Position numbers and translations under genes: made by a program
In this document: positions 28,229-41,147 of the stretch, piece by piece
Position numbering within the stretch: position 1 is the stretch's first letter
Layout: every line of letters begins with the position of its first letter
The notes under the pieces: generated by a model
Database searches by the model: none
What the model saw: only the letters and a program-made list of their open reading frames with translations
Told to the model about the DNA's origin: nothing
Assembly (NCBI GenBank): GCA_958009085.1
Contig: OY253680.1
Coordinates: 1-64,000 of the forward strand
Direction of reading: 5' to 3'
DNA: 64,000 nucleotides
From: Protoeuglena noctilucae
Lineage: Eukaryota

Positions 28229-30538
28229 TCATCCCTCCCGTCGCCCCTCGCTGTGCCGTGCGTGCAAGTCCGCCCCATCCCTGTTCCCCCTCACACCCAT
28301 CTCCACGTCCCCACGCTCCCTCACAGCTGCCACTGCCGGTGCATAGCTCTGCCCCACCCCACCACTCCCCTCCCGCACTCCCCCACCCTCCCTCTTCTCA
28401 GCCCCACCCGCGTCCCCCTCAATCCCGTCATTCGCACTCGCATGCCCGTTCTCCGCACCATTCTTAGCTTCCCCGATTGTAGGCTTGGCGTCCTTGCCTG
28501 GCGTACCCCTCGCATTCACCGTCACCGCCCCCACCACGATCGCCAGTGCCCCTGTGACTCCCATGGCCGTCAGTGGCTCGCCCAATATGAGAGTGCCATA
28601 GACGAAGGCAGCCACCACTTGGATGGTGTTAATGGCGGCGCCCTCGCCCGCGGGAATGAGCTGGAAGCCTCGCGTCAGCGCCACCTGAGGGGGTGGCAGT
28701 GGGGGTGAGGGTAGCAGTGAGGGTGGTGGTAGTGGTGGTGATGCTGGTAGAAGCCATGATGCGCGAGTGGGAGTGGAGAGGGTGGTGCATAACGCATGCA
28801 CCGCACAGGTAATGCAGCAGAAACAGCCGCGCCCCTCTCCCCATCCATCCATCCACTATCTCCCCATCTCCCCATGCACCACCCCACTGCGTAGAATCTG
28901 CATGCCCCCCTCAACTCACCTGTCCAACACACCACTCCATGCATGCATGCACCACGACCCCTCACCTGCCCCCAGAACGACCCCGCCGTGACGCCCAGCA
29001 GGCACGCCATCTCCCCGGCATTGGGCCACACGGCCGGCTTGGGCACGCCGATCGCGACGAACGGCACCGACGCAAGAAGCGACGAGAAGTGGAACCAGAA
29101 CGCGATGGTGTTGGCGTTCTCTTTGCCACGGAGGAATCGCAGCATGACGAACACGGCGCCGGACGCGAGGGCTGCCAGGAGGGCCCATAACACGCCCGCG
29201 GTGTGGGAGGGGGAGGGGGGGGCGCCGCCGAACAGGAAGGCGGGCTGGGGGGGGTGGAGGGGGAGGGGGTGAACGGGTGAGGGGTGAGAGTGAACGGGTC
29301 GAAGGGTGAGCAAAGTAACTTTAGTAACAGACAAGTGGTTGATGGGTGGACATGCTGCTTCGCCCATCACCCGTGCGTCAACCACGCTCGACACGAGTGG
29401 TACCCCTCTCGCGTGTTCATCACTCACCCTTGACACGAGTGGTACCCCTCTCGCGTGTTCATCACTCACCCTTGACACGAGTGGTACCCCTCTCGCGTGT
29501 TCATCACTCACCCTTGACACGAGTGGTACCCCTCTCGCGTGTTCATCACTCACCCTTGACACGAGTGCTACGCCCAGCAGGCACAGCCCCATTCCCGCCC
29601 AGAGATTCCACGTTGGCGTCTCTCCCAGGATGAGCCAGGACACGAGGGCCACCACCACGGGGTTCCTGGGGAGTGATGAGGAGTGGGTGATGCGATGTGG
29701 GACGGGTGATGCGGTGTGGGTGATGCGGAGAGCAGACATGGAGATGCCACCATTCATCGTTACAAACACACCCGATCGTGTGTCGCGACTCACATGAAGA
29801 AGATGCTCGAGACGTCCCCCAAGGGCAGCAGCGTGAGGGCGAGGTAGAAGGCGGTCATGGAAACCATGCCCATGAATCCACGCCCGGCCAGGAAAAGGGC
29901 ACTGCTGCGCTTGCCGGTGATGGAGTGGCCCCCGCGACGGATGACCTGGGCAGGTGGATGGCATGCTGCAATGTGCGATGCGACGTGCTGTGCGACGTGC
30001 ATGCCCTGTGCCGCTGCGCTTCCTCGCTCACCCATATGGACAGCGCGCAATTGATGACGGATCGGAACGCCACAATCTCGAAGGTCTGCACGCGACTCGC
30101 GACCTTAACCAGGAGCTGGGCGGTGGCAAAGGAAAGGGAAGCGTTGACGATGAGCAGTCGGCCGTTGTTCATGACCGTGTCCGCCACGCGCGAGGCCAAG
30201 GCGCGGATCTCTGCGAGAAGAGGCACTGTTTCGATCGGTCGGCCGCAGACCTCGCTGGCCCATATATACACTGTACTTTTGCTCAGAAGAGGGGCGGCTA
30301 CATTGCTCACGAGAGAGCCATGAGGACGACGTCTCTCCGCCCGAATGCTGCTCGATCCTCTCCGGAGATTCGTCCCCTACCAGCAAATGCGCTTCCTCTG
30401 CGAGGGAGACCGACGGCGGGCCGCAGGTAGGACGGTTTAGTAAGCCCTACGCCTCGCCAGGCCGCGGGCGGTCCGCAGCCGTTGATACTCACCCTCTGAG
30501 CGCTCACTGCGCTCGTCATCAGCTCTGTCTCTCGCCAT
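28229..30538 (-). CDS. EamA/DMT-superfamily transporter (SLC35G-like)
   Basis: FEIVAFRS, LAGRGFMG...FYLALTLLPLGDVSSIFFMNP, LILGE, RPAFLFG, GQVALTRGFQL, QVVAAFVYGTLILGE, i.e. two EamA repeats. About 7 exons; start inferred from the in-frame exon 30538-30493. Confidence 0.9.
29390..29567. repeat. Perfect 42-bp tandem repeat (4 copies + partial) spanning the exon/donor junction of an EamA intron
   Basis: Unit gacacgagtggtacccctctcgcgtgttcatcactcaccctt. On the minus strand each unit contains AGG|GTGAGT. Confidence 0.97.
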
Positions 30539-31036
30539 GACGGCCGGGTTCTTGCCCCGAGGCGCTCTCGCGGCAAATGGCGGGTGAAGCGATGCGGCGA
30601 GCAACGGCCCCGCGCTCGCAGCTCCCCTCCGAGGGTTGGGGGCACCGAGCGGCCTTTTTTGAGGATAAAAATCTTCTACTGATGCCGCTCCGTGTCTCGA
30701 ACAGCGCGTTGTGGAGCTGCAGGCCCGCAACAGCACGGGCCATGAAACTAGGCTGCCCTGGAGCGCCGTGGGGCCCACGTCTGAGACAAGGGGTAGTTGG
30801 TACGCTCAGAGTTGGGCGAAGATGCTGACAACCGCTGTGCATCGCCCGGACGCTTGTTTGACGCTGCGCCCCACGCGCCAGACATTGGAACAGCCAGAAG
30901 GGCTCACCCTGGCTTCGTTCGCCGTAGTCGTCCCACAAACACGATCACTTGCATGCCACTATTCAGCGAGGTACTAAGCGCACGGCCCGTGGAACTTCAG
31001 GCCAGAGGAAGTGCGCAAAGTTGCCGCGGCATTGAG

Positions 31037-34000
31037 ATGGGCGATGCACAGGGGGATGCGCTGGCCAACCTGCCCGACTGGGCCAAGAACTGGAAGCCTG
31101 CGAAGTTTGGTGCCGGGGTCCGGGTAAGCGGGACCCCGCCCAGGCCTCGAATGGCAGCTGCACCACGGTTCGCCCATCCACTGCTCGCGTCTGTCCTTGC
31201 AGAACCCTTTCGCTGGAGTAGGGAGGGTGGGGAATGGGTCAAGCGGCGGTTTTGCGGGGGCACAGCCGAGGTTCGGCTTTGGCGCGGCGCCGGGTGGCGT
31301 GTCGGCCTTGGGTGTGGTGTTCCGAGGCCCCGGCGTCGCCGGCAGTGGGATTTCGCGCTCTCCTGCGCCACCTGCTGCACCGTTTAGGGTAGGAGGCAAC
31401 TGGTATGGATTCCGCCCGGCGACGGAGTTCACGGCGAAGGTGCGGTGCGTGCCGAGGTGTGTGCATGGGTTTCAGGCCATCCGCAGCCCGACCGATGCAT
31501 ATCGGTGGCCCCTGCAGTACGAGGAGGGCGACGCGCTTGGAGCGGGTGCTTTTGGTCGCGTGTTTGTGGCACGAGAGCGTGCGACGGGCGCCACGTTCGC
31601 TGCCAAGGTCATCCCCAAGACGTGGCCCGCGGAGGCGACCGTGGACGGCCCGCCGTCGGCTTCGCAGCTCATGCGATACAACAAAAGCATATATTTGGAG
31701 GTCGACGCTCTCAGGCGAGGATCGAGGCTGTCCCAAGTCCGCTGCGCGGTGCTGCTGCGCGCTGATGACACTTGCGGCTTTCTTTCGAAGCGCAGGCGCC
31801 TGCGCGGGGCTCTGAACGTCGTGTATATGGAAGAGGTATACGAGAACGAGGATTCGGTGTATTTGATAACGGAGCTCTGTCACGGCGGGCCTATCTGGGC
31901 CCCCGACGACCCCCGGACGTTTGGGGAGGCGCAGGTGGCCCGGTACATGCGGGACGTGCTGCAAGTGCTGGCGCAGGTGATGCTTTGGGCAATCATGTAA
32001 TTACTGGAGATGTATATGCGTCATGCGGGGCAGGCTACCCGATGAAACCAGCCACACACCTGCGCAACGCTCGCTTGCCGCCATGGCGACACTCCTCAGC
32101 TATGCCCCCCGCCATCCCCGCAGTGCCACGCCAAGCACCTTTTGCACCGGGACGTCAAGCCGGGCAACTTCCTCCTCGCCACTAAGCATCCCCGTGCGCC
32201 ACTCAAAGCCATCGACCTCGGCTTGGCCGCCCCCTTCACGCCCGGACAGCCCCGGGAGGACTTGGGACTGGACGGCACGCCTTACTACCTGGCCCCGGAG
32301 GTGCTGCGATCGGAGACGTGGCCGAAGGTGAGAGAGTGTGTGTTTCTACCTATGCACCCATTACCCTTACCCTACCCTCACCCCACACCCCCATCCCTCA
32401 CCCCCCCCCCCCCCAGTCCGACGTCTGGCAAGCGGGAGTCATGGCATATCAACTGCTGACCGGCTCCCTTCCCTTCTCCGACCACGGCCCCCGGGGGTCC
32501 CGATCCATCGCCGCCCTCCTCCACAACATTCTGAACGACGACATCGATGCCAAGATTCGATCCCTTACCTCCCTGGGCCTTTCCGAAGACGCTCGTGACT
32601 TTGTGCATTCCCTGCTCAGTCGGGATCTGGGAAAGAGGCCCACCGCCGTCGAGGCCCTCGGTCACCCGTTTCTGACACTGGCAGACGGGGGCGAGGGTGC
32701 GGGTGCGGGAGGGGAGAGGGGTGGGGAGAGGGGCGGGCGTGTGTTGGGACCGGAGGTGGTGGCTCGCATTCAGAGGTTCTGCCAGGCACCCGCATTCAAA
32801 CGATCAGGTGAGGGTGGGGGTGCAGTGAGGGTGCAGGTGTCGGTTGTGGGAGTGAGGGTGTGGGTACACATGACTGTGACTGTCCCTACCACAGCTGTTG
32901 CCTCATCACCAACCTGTGCTCAACCTCGCCACACCTGTGCTTCATCCCAACCAGGTCACACCTGTGCTTGCTAACACCCCCCCCGCAGTGCTGGTGCGCG
33001 TGGCCCGTGAGATGATGGGCATGGGAGGCGTCAACCCCGACACAGGAGTCGATCGAAGGCCCATAGATCCTGCAGATGGCGACGGCGGGGGTGGGAGCGT
33101 GGCGGGGAGCGCGGGTGCAGGTGCAGGTGTGGGTGTGGGTGTGGGTGTCATGGGCGCCAATCGTATGCGCAGGGCAAGCATCGAGAGCGGGAGTGAAATT
33201 GTGGGGAGGGGCGTGGGGTTGGGAGTGTCGCGAGCTAGCATGGACAGCGGTGGGGGTGTGGGGTCCGCAGGGTGGGTGGGGTCACCGTGGGGTACGCATG
33301 TTAGGGTGGGACGGGGGGTGGCGATGGGGCAAAGGGGGTTGGGTGCAGTGGGCAGGGAGTCGTGGGACGGTGCGAAGGGTGGGGCGGGTGCGGGTGGGTC
33401 GGCGGGGGTACGGGAGGGGCGGCGGCGGAGTGTGGAGGATGTGAGGAGTAAGGGTGGGGTGGGGAGTGCGGCGGGGAGCGGTGGGCGGGCGGGGGATGTG
33501 GGGAGCGGGGCGGGGCTGGCGTGGGGCGGGTCGGGTATCGGGAGCTTGCGTGGGAGTCGCAACGATGCGTTTGATGCGATGGGTGAAGGGGCGGTGGGGT
33601 TTGGGGAGGCGGGGGTGCGGTCTGGGGCGGGCAGCGAGGGTGCGGGGGAGAGCGGGGGTGCTCGGGAGGGTTTGGGTTTGAATGGGGGAGACGCGCCTTC
33701 GTTGTTGCGTGGGGTGCGTGCGTTGTTTGACGAGTTGGATATGGACGCCGATGGCACGGTGACGCTGAGGGAGCTGCGGAGGGGGCTGAAGAGGCACAGG
33801 TGAGGAGTGGTGGTGGGTGGGGTGGGTGCGGTGGGTGGGTGGGGTGAATGGGTGGAAATGCAGGTGTGCACGGGTGCAAGGGCAATACAATACACATTGA
33901 ATTGAGCAAACATGGACGTTGCCAATCTCCTTCCTCCCCTTTCTTGCCCAGTCTCTTCCTTACTCGCGATGAGGCCCGCCACATGCTGGAGGCTCTGGAT

Positions 34001-35951
34001 GTGGACAGCGATGGCCGCGTGTCGATGGCCGCATTCGTGGCGTCAGTCATCGACTGGCGCGCCGTGGAGGGGACCGCGGAGTGGATGAGGGCGGCCAGGA
34101 AGGTGTTTCAGGCAAGATTGGGGATATCTGTATTGGTATTGGTGTTGGTGTTGGCATTGGTACTGGTATTGGTATCAGTGCACGAGACGGGCACTGCATT
34201 GGTCATTAAGCACTGGAAGATGTTACAGGCATGTGTCCCTTTCTCTCTTTTCCCTCACTCAGGGCATGGACACCGACTGCGGCTCTCTACACCTCTCCAC
34301 CATCTCTTCATCACACTCACTCCATCACCCATATCGCATCCTCTCCTCTCTCACCCAGGGCATGGACACGGACAACTGCGGCTCCCTAGGCCTGTCGAGC
34401 ATCCTGTCGACCCTGCAGGTAAGCCTGCCACCCGACGAAGTGCGCAGTGCGGTGGCGGAGGCATTGATGGAGGCGGGGGTGGTGGATCACGTCGATTGGT
34501 ACGAGAAGCCGACGGTGGATGAGTCGATAAGGGCGGGGAGGGCATTTGCCAAGGGGGGGAGGTGAGGGAGCTCATGTCATGCTTTGTTCTATTATGTAAT
34601 TTTTCATCTCTCATCTAATCTGTCTCATTCATGTCTCTTCCTCCACGCATTTCTCAGCCACACCACGCTCGCTACCCCCAGTACCGTTCCTCACCCAATA
34701 CCCCACCCCACCCCTCCTTACCCCCGCAGACCTCGTGAAATGCTCGAAACCATCCCTGAGCGCCGCCCAGGCACCGACCAAGACCCCACCACCACCGCAC
34801 CCACCCCCACCGCCACCCCCGCCACCCCCGCCCCCACCACCACTAACAACCTCGCCTCCACCCCCCCCTCTCGCCCCGTCCCCTCCGACACCGCCTCCGC
34901 ATCGTCTGCTTCCATCGACAACCCCGGTGGCCCGTCGTTGCGAGACGCGGGGCAGTACGCTGCTCTCGCGTTTGATCCACGCCGCACCCTTGCCCCCGGC
35001 CTGGGCCGCGTGAGCCGCCAGCGCATGGACTTTTCTCAGTTCATGTCGCTGCTCAGGTCGGGACCCGCAGACGACGCCGCTCTGCTGGCCTACCCCGGGC
35101 GCTACGCCGTTTCTGGCGGCGTGTCTGACGGGGCATTGTCAGACGAGGCCTCGCACTCGCAGCCGGCGTCAAGGGACTCGACGATGCACGGCGCCTGGGG
35201 CGGCACGGCGCACGGGGGAGTGGGGAAGTCGGGGCACGGGGCTGGGGGTGCGTTTGGGGAGCTGCTGAGGGCGGCGGCGGGAGCGAGGGGTGCGGTGGCT
35301 CCTGTGGGGTCGTTGGGAGGGTCCCTGCATCGCAGTTCCGCGGTGGGGGGCTCGTTGCGAGGTGAGGGGTCGATGCGGGGTGGGGGGGCGCTGGCGGCAA
35401 TCAGGGCGGGGGGGTTGGGGAGGGAGGGGTCGTGGGGGGTGGGGCGGGGGGCGTGGATGGGGGAGAGGGAGGGGGAGGGGAGTGCAAGGGTAGAGGAGGA
35501 GAGAGGGGGCGGAGAGGGTCGTGATGGTGGGGGTGCGGAGGGGGGTGATGGTGGGGGTGAGAGGGCGAGGGAGGGGGCGGGGAGTCGGGTGCAAAGGCGG
35601 TCAGGGCGTGTGCACATTGCTGGGGGTGGAGGGATGGGTGGGGGTGGGGGTGGAAGTGCGAGTGGGGGTGTGGTTGGGGCAGTGAGTGGGGGAGGGGCTG
35701 GGGTGCGGTCTGCAGTTGAGGTGGAAGCGCGGAGCAGGGGCGGCATTGGGGCGCGTGTGGCGCGTGAGGGTGCGATGCGGGTGGCGGGAGGGCCAGCGAA
35801 GGTGGCATGGGCGGGAGAGGGGAGGGGTGGAGGGGTGACGGTGGAGGGTGATGCGGGAGAGGGGCAGGACATGGACGGCGGCGAAGAGGTGCACGGGGGC
35901 AAAATGTACAGGCATCAGGGCGATGGTGACGGCGGTGGCGGTCAAGCGTAG
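31037..35951 (+). CDS. Calcium-dependent protein kinase-like (kinase + degenerate EF-hands, with large Gly-rich insertions)
   Basis: LGAGAFGRV, AAKVIPK, HRDVKPGNFL, IDLGLA, GTPYYLAPE, SDVWQAGV, EALGHPFL, junction VARIQRF...FKR. EF-like loops DMDADGTVTLRE, DVDSDGRVS, DTDNCGSLG and a late MDFSQFMSLL. Confidence 0.87.
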
Positions 35952-36005
35952 AGCAGTTGAGGCGTGGTGCGGCTTGAAAGGGGCACGACACACTGTATGC
36001 CGTGC

Positions 36006-36010
36006 TGTAA
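36006..36010 (+). promoter_or_regulatory. Candidate chlorophyte poly(A) signal TGTAA
   Basis: TGTAA lies 55 nt after the CDPK stop. The same gctgtaatg context occurs at 49085 after the ABC1K stop. UGUAA is the established poly(A) signal in many chlorophytes. Confidence 0.4.
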
Positions 36011-36089
36011 TGTGATGGCCATCGACCGTCGCAAATCAGCCTGTATGACTTAAATATGTTATTCAAAAGCCAGTTCAGCTAAGCTGATG

Positions 36090-37515
36090 TCAATAGTAAG
36101 ATTCGTAGTCAGGGCCGTCCATGCCAGCACCGTCCCGCATCGGTCGCCGCGGTCGGTCCCCCTCCCACTCCCCACCCCTGACGCGCCCCCGCGCTTCCCT
36201 CTCCGCCTTCCGCCGGCTGTATTCCCTCGCGAGCCCCGCCACGTTGCCGCTGGTGTACTGAGACCCGCGGCCCTCCATCTCCCGCACCCGCCTTGCCACG
36301 CGCGCCCTCAGCTCCTCCGTCTGCGCGAAGATAGAGACGAGAGGAGTGAGGTGATAACCAGAGAACGGGGATAATAAAGGAATTGAAGTAATCTGGATGG
36401 CTCAGGGTTTGCATGGAAGCTGAAATGCAGAGACACTCTCCTCTGCAGCGCGGGTTGCGATGCAGCTGAAATTTAGAGACGCTCCCCAGAGCAGTGTGTC
36501 TCTCCGCTGCAGGCACGCCACTCGCCTTGGCTCGCAGGTAGTCCTCCTTGGCAGCTCTCGCGTCCTCAATGCGCCGGTCAGCCTCGAGAAACGCAGCGCG
36601 GCCCGCCCAGGGGTCCGGGCCCAGCCCAGCGCGGGCCGACCGACTCTGCCGCTCCTCCTGCGGCCAAGCAGACCGGAGAGACGCGTTAAAATAGAGCAAA
36701 TAAACAAGCCTGGCAGGGTCATCGTCGCTGCCGAGTCGGGAGCTGCTGCAGCGGGCAGGACAAAGGCCGGTACAGCTGGGCCCGCTCGCCTTCTCCGCCT
36801 CTTGCTCCCACCGCGCCCATTCGCGCGCCTCCTCTTCTGGAGTTCGCGGTGCCCCCGTTCGCCAGCGTGGGCGGTCCTCGAGCGCAGGGATGTTGGCGAG
36901 CACGGTGCGCCACACTGGCCGGGCCACGGCCGTCACCGCGCGGTACAGCGCGTCCCCAAAGCCACCGCGATACCTTTGGTAAGGTACATTTGACCAATCG
37001 GACTCGTCCCGCGGGTCGAAACCACGCGGGCCGGGCCGCGCCCGCTCGTCTGCCCGGGCAGCTAGGGCGCGCTGCGGGGCTTGGGGTTCCCACGAGCGAG
37101 AGCTGGATGCGCCATAGCCATCCTGTGAGTTAGTGCAAGCTGAAGCGTTACATGCCGACGAGACGCTGCGGCACCGAGCCGGCTGCATTAACAGGGACCC
37201 TCCTCACCGGCTCGACGTTTTCCGGGTACCTCTGCGCCCGTGATTCCCGGTTTTCCAGCCAGTCGTCTTCCTTGTCCTGCCAGGCATCGTCCCACCGGCG
37301 CGCACCGGGAGGAGCTCGTCCTCGAGGCGGGGCCAGTCGCCTGCGGGCTTCCGAGCAGCCTCTACTCCCGCCGGCCTCGCGCAGCGCAGAGGCCGCGAGT
37401 CAGCCCGGCGATGTAGACATCCACTGCGTCACTGTCACTGCGGCGGCTCTGTTCACCTGACCGGGCCGCCGCCGCACAGCGAGGGAGGCCCGACTCGCGC
37501 GTGCACGCCCGCCAT
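36090..37515 (-). CDS. Hypothetical Arg/Glu/Trp-rich protein (orphan)
   Basis: Five exons splice in frame (ATG 37515; GC donors at 36789 and 36525), giving a continuous ORF ending GPDYESYY*. No recognised domain. Confidence 0.6.
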
Positions 37516-37799
37516 GGTCGCTGTGCGTTCTTTTTCAGAGCAGGGTCAAAGAGCCTAAAGAACAAAGGTTCCACGACAAGCTGGAGGGTCCGGAGGAACG
37601 GGAAGTGGTTGCTAAAGTGCGCTCGGCAGTCGCTCTGTCCTCTCAGAGCGGAGAGGAGAGAAACGAAAGCACTGGCTACACGCCGAGAGGTGAAAAGTGG
37701 ATAAATGGTCCCCCAAAAAGAACAACTGATCGGAAAATGGCCCCGCACGCGGGCAACTTGAACTGGCTGCGCCGCCGAACTGACAGAAGGTTGGGTGGG

Positions 37800-39247
37800 T
37801 CATGGCAAGAGCGGGTTCGTCAGCGTGAGCTTCGTCCTGCGCCGGAGAGGGTTATTCTCCGGCTTCTGAGTGTCCTGCAAGGGCAGCAGGGGCGCACGTC
37901 ACCCCTGCGCACTCTCGCCCCTCCCCTCACACCAACACTCATGGTCATGCAGCGTCCCCTTGATGCCTCACCTCGTCCTTGAATGCGCGGTACAGGGCGG
38001 TCTGAATGGCCCGGCCCCTTGCGTCTGCATTCTCTTGCTCCTGCACCTGCCTCATCCGCTGCAGGTGGGTCAGGGGGGTGGGTCGGTGACAGGACGACAC
38101 AGGTGCCGAGACAAGGAGTCATGTGTTGTGGGCACGACCGTACCGTGTGCATGTCGACTCACGCGCACTTGCATGTCACGTGCTACAATCACATTCTACA
38201 CAGCCTACGTTGAAACACGAAACGGTCCGCAGCCCTCGCCTTGCTCCGCTGCTCTTCCGACTCTTCAGGCATGGCGGCTGCTGCCCGCTCCAACGCCGCA
38301 GACCCCAGCCCCGGTCGCGAGGGAGCGCGCCCCGCACTCCCCGCTTCGCCGGCGTTCGCAGGCTCCAGAGCACCTGCGGTTAGAAATAACAACACCTGAG
38401 CTCAGAGAGCACCGACAAACCCACTCAAAGTTACCACGCCGGTGCTGCAAACGCCCAGCCTCACAGAGCCCCACATGGCAGGCTGCCATGCACGCACCGG
38501 GCCCCAGCTGTGCGACGATGAGGCGTTTCTGCTCTTCCCGCAGCTGCCAGTACCCCTTGTCGCCCCCCGCCGCGCCCGGCTCCACCGCTCGCACCGCGCC
38601 GCGCACCCCCAACCCCCGCCTCCCGGCATTGGCCAGAGGGGCGAGCGGCACGGCAATGCCCGCCCCACGCAGCCCCAGGCCCTGCCCCTCGGACCACCCA
38701 GCTTGCTTCAGCAGCCGGAATCCCACGTTGTCATTCGACAGCGCGTACGCCACGTCGCGTGCAGTGCCGGAGCTGGAGCTGGCCTCGATTGCAGATGCGA
38801 GGGCGCGTGCCGGAGGCGGCTTCACGAGCACAGCGCCGCCCATCTCCTGCCATCCCGCCTGGCGCAGGTCCCTGCCTCCCGTCGCGGCGTCGAACCCCGC
38901 GGCGGGATCTACCAGCGCCGCGCGGCGCATCCCGGCGTAGACGGGCGCCGGGGACGAGCGTGGAGGGGCGCTCGCCGGACGCGGGGCATCGCCCCTGTCG
39001 CCCTGGGCACCCGCGCCGCTGGGTCCAGGTTCCTGCACGGACCCATCTCCTTGGCGGAAGAAGCTGTAGACCGCGGCGAGGTCCCTGCATCGGAGAGAAC
39101 GAGCGTCGTTGAAGAGCACCGCGTGACAGCTCTCGCTCGTCTCACCGCGACACCAGAGGGACTCCTCGATGGTGCCTCGTGCATATTGAAGTGCGGGGAT
39201 GGAGCGAGGCTGGGCATAAGCGACGCATTAGGTGCGCACCTGGACAT
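37800..39247 (-). CDS. G-patch domain protein
   Basis: G-patch LSNDNVGFRLLKQAGWSEGQGLGLRGAGIAVPL...RRGLG. 5 exons splice in frame to ...NNPLRRRTKLTLTNPLLP*. Confidence 0.82.
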
Positions 39248-39587
39248 CAAGCCCCCAGCGCGTCACGTCCGAGGACTTCCATCGACGCAGGCACCGCCAC
39301 GTCACGCAGATTTCACCCAATGTGACGGCCGAAGTCTCACGCGCCGAGGTGAGCTGGACAGGCAACGCCAGGTGAGGCAAGTGCCCTCCGTCAGTGACCA
39401 GCGTGCCAATCGCAGTGATCGCGATGGCGTGCTGTTATGGAGCCGACACGCACGTTCGTGTCCTCCGCAACCTCAGCAAGATCGCCGACAGCCCTGCCGG
39501 GGACTCGGGGCACGCGTGTGTCGGGTCTCGCGTTTGTGCGGGCCCGGCGGGGTCGGACCCCGTCGCGCCGGGCCCGAGGTGTGCAGA

Positions 39588-41147
39588 ATGTCGACAGCTA
39601 GCCTTCCGTTGGAGAAGCTGGGGCTGGCGCCAGAGACCACGGCCCTCCTCCGCAGCAAGTGAGGCCTGCGTGCCGTCCGTGCTTGCCCTAGCAAGCGAGC
39701 GTGGCGCTCACACCGCGCCTCGCGCCCCGCAGGTCGATCGACTCGGTCGGAAAGCTCATGCTGCTGACGGACTTTGAGGCCATGGAGACGCTGGGGCTGA
39801 GCATGGAGGCGGTGCTGGACCTCAAGGGAGTTGCGGGACGCAGGCGCGGAGCTCTGCGCGCGTCCGGCCCCGCGCGCTCCCATCTCTCGCGCATCTATTT
39901 TGATAACTGATTCATTCCCGCGCCGCAGGCTCTGCCCGAGTCCGCTCACTGCGCTGCAGCTGCTGGGCCGCGGTGTCGCCTCCCGTGCGCTCCCCACCGG
40001 GCTGCCGAATTTGGACCGAGCCCTGCGCGGCGGACTGCCCGCGGGGACCGTGACGGAGGTCGTGGGCCCTCCTGGGATGGGCAAGACCCAGCTCTGCCTG
40101 CAAGTTACGCTCCTCGCCTGCATGCCGCCGTGAGTCGACACGGGCAATGCCAAAGGGCCAGCCGAAGCACATTGTTCCCACAAGGAACAGTGATGATATA
40201 TGTGCAATCGATACAGGCCCGTATTGAGACTTACCTTACAAGACTTACCCGCATCCCCGGTGCTGCAGGGAGAAGGGCGGCATGGGTCGCAAGGCCTTGT
40301 ATTTGGACACGGAGCGAAAGTTTTCTGCATCGCGGTTCGCGGAGATCGGCGACCGTCGCTTCCCGCAGCACTACGGGTCGGGAGAGGGGCGGGCGAGCTG
40401 CCTCAGAGAGGTGGGGGATGCGATGTGCCGACAGCTTGTTCCTGACTGCTTGGGACGCGAGGAATCCGCACTCATGATGCGCCTCTCTGTTGTAGTGCAG
40501 GTGGGCACGCGGGTCCTCGTCGATGCTGTGGCGTACTCAGCAGACTTGACACGCAAGTTGCGATCCTTGACCGAGCGTGTCATCGATGATGGGATCGGCC
40601 TAATCGTCGTGGACTCGATTGCAGCGCACGCTAGGTGCGGCCGCGGGCACCCGCGAATGCCGGCGTCACCTCTCAGGGTAGCAAAGCACGTTCCTTAGCC
40701 ATCACGACGGGTCCCCTCACGCACCCCTCTCTCCCTCACAGGGCTGACTTTGGGTCGCGGGACGTGGCAGCGCGGCAGGCGGTGCTCGCGGAGCAGGCCG
40801 CGCTGCTCAAGAAAGTCGCAGAGAGCTTCTCCATCACAGTGCTCGTGACGAATCAAGTCACGGGGGCGTTTGGGGTGGCGCCGGTGGCGGGGGGCCCGGC
40901 GGCCGCCGCCCAAGCGCCGGGGGGGCGCGTGGTGGCAGCTCTGGGCCCTCTGTGGGCGCACGCCGTCAACACACGCGTGGCGATGCTGGGCAGGAACCAG
41001 CGAAAGTGGCTTGAGGTGGCTAAGAGCCCCTCGTGCCCCAACGTGGCCGGTGAGGTGCACGGGGCCGCGGGCGGTGCGCCTGTGGGCCCGGATGCACTCG
41101 ATGACGAATCTGTGGGTGTGTTTCTGGCGCAGTGCCTTACGTGGTGA
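39588..41147 (+). CDS. RAD51B: RAD51 paralog, RAD51B-like
   Basis: TGLPNLDRALRGGLPAGTVTEVVGPPGMGKTQ (Walker A), YLDTERKFSASR, LIVVDSIAA (Walker B), VLVTNQV, AALGPLWAHAVNTR, KSP. The best recalled match is RAD51B. Confidence 0.8.

Noticed and set aside
29390..29567. CRISPR-like regular array
   Set aside because: Units are fully identical with no unique spacers, the context is a eukaryotic intron, and there are no cas genes.
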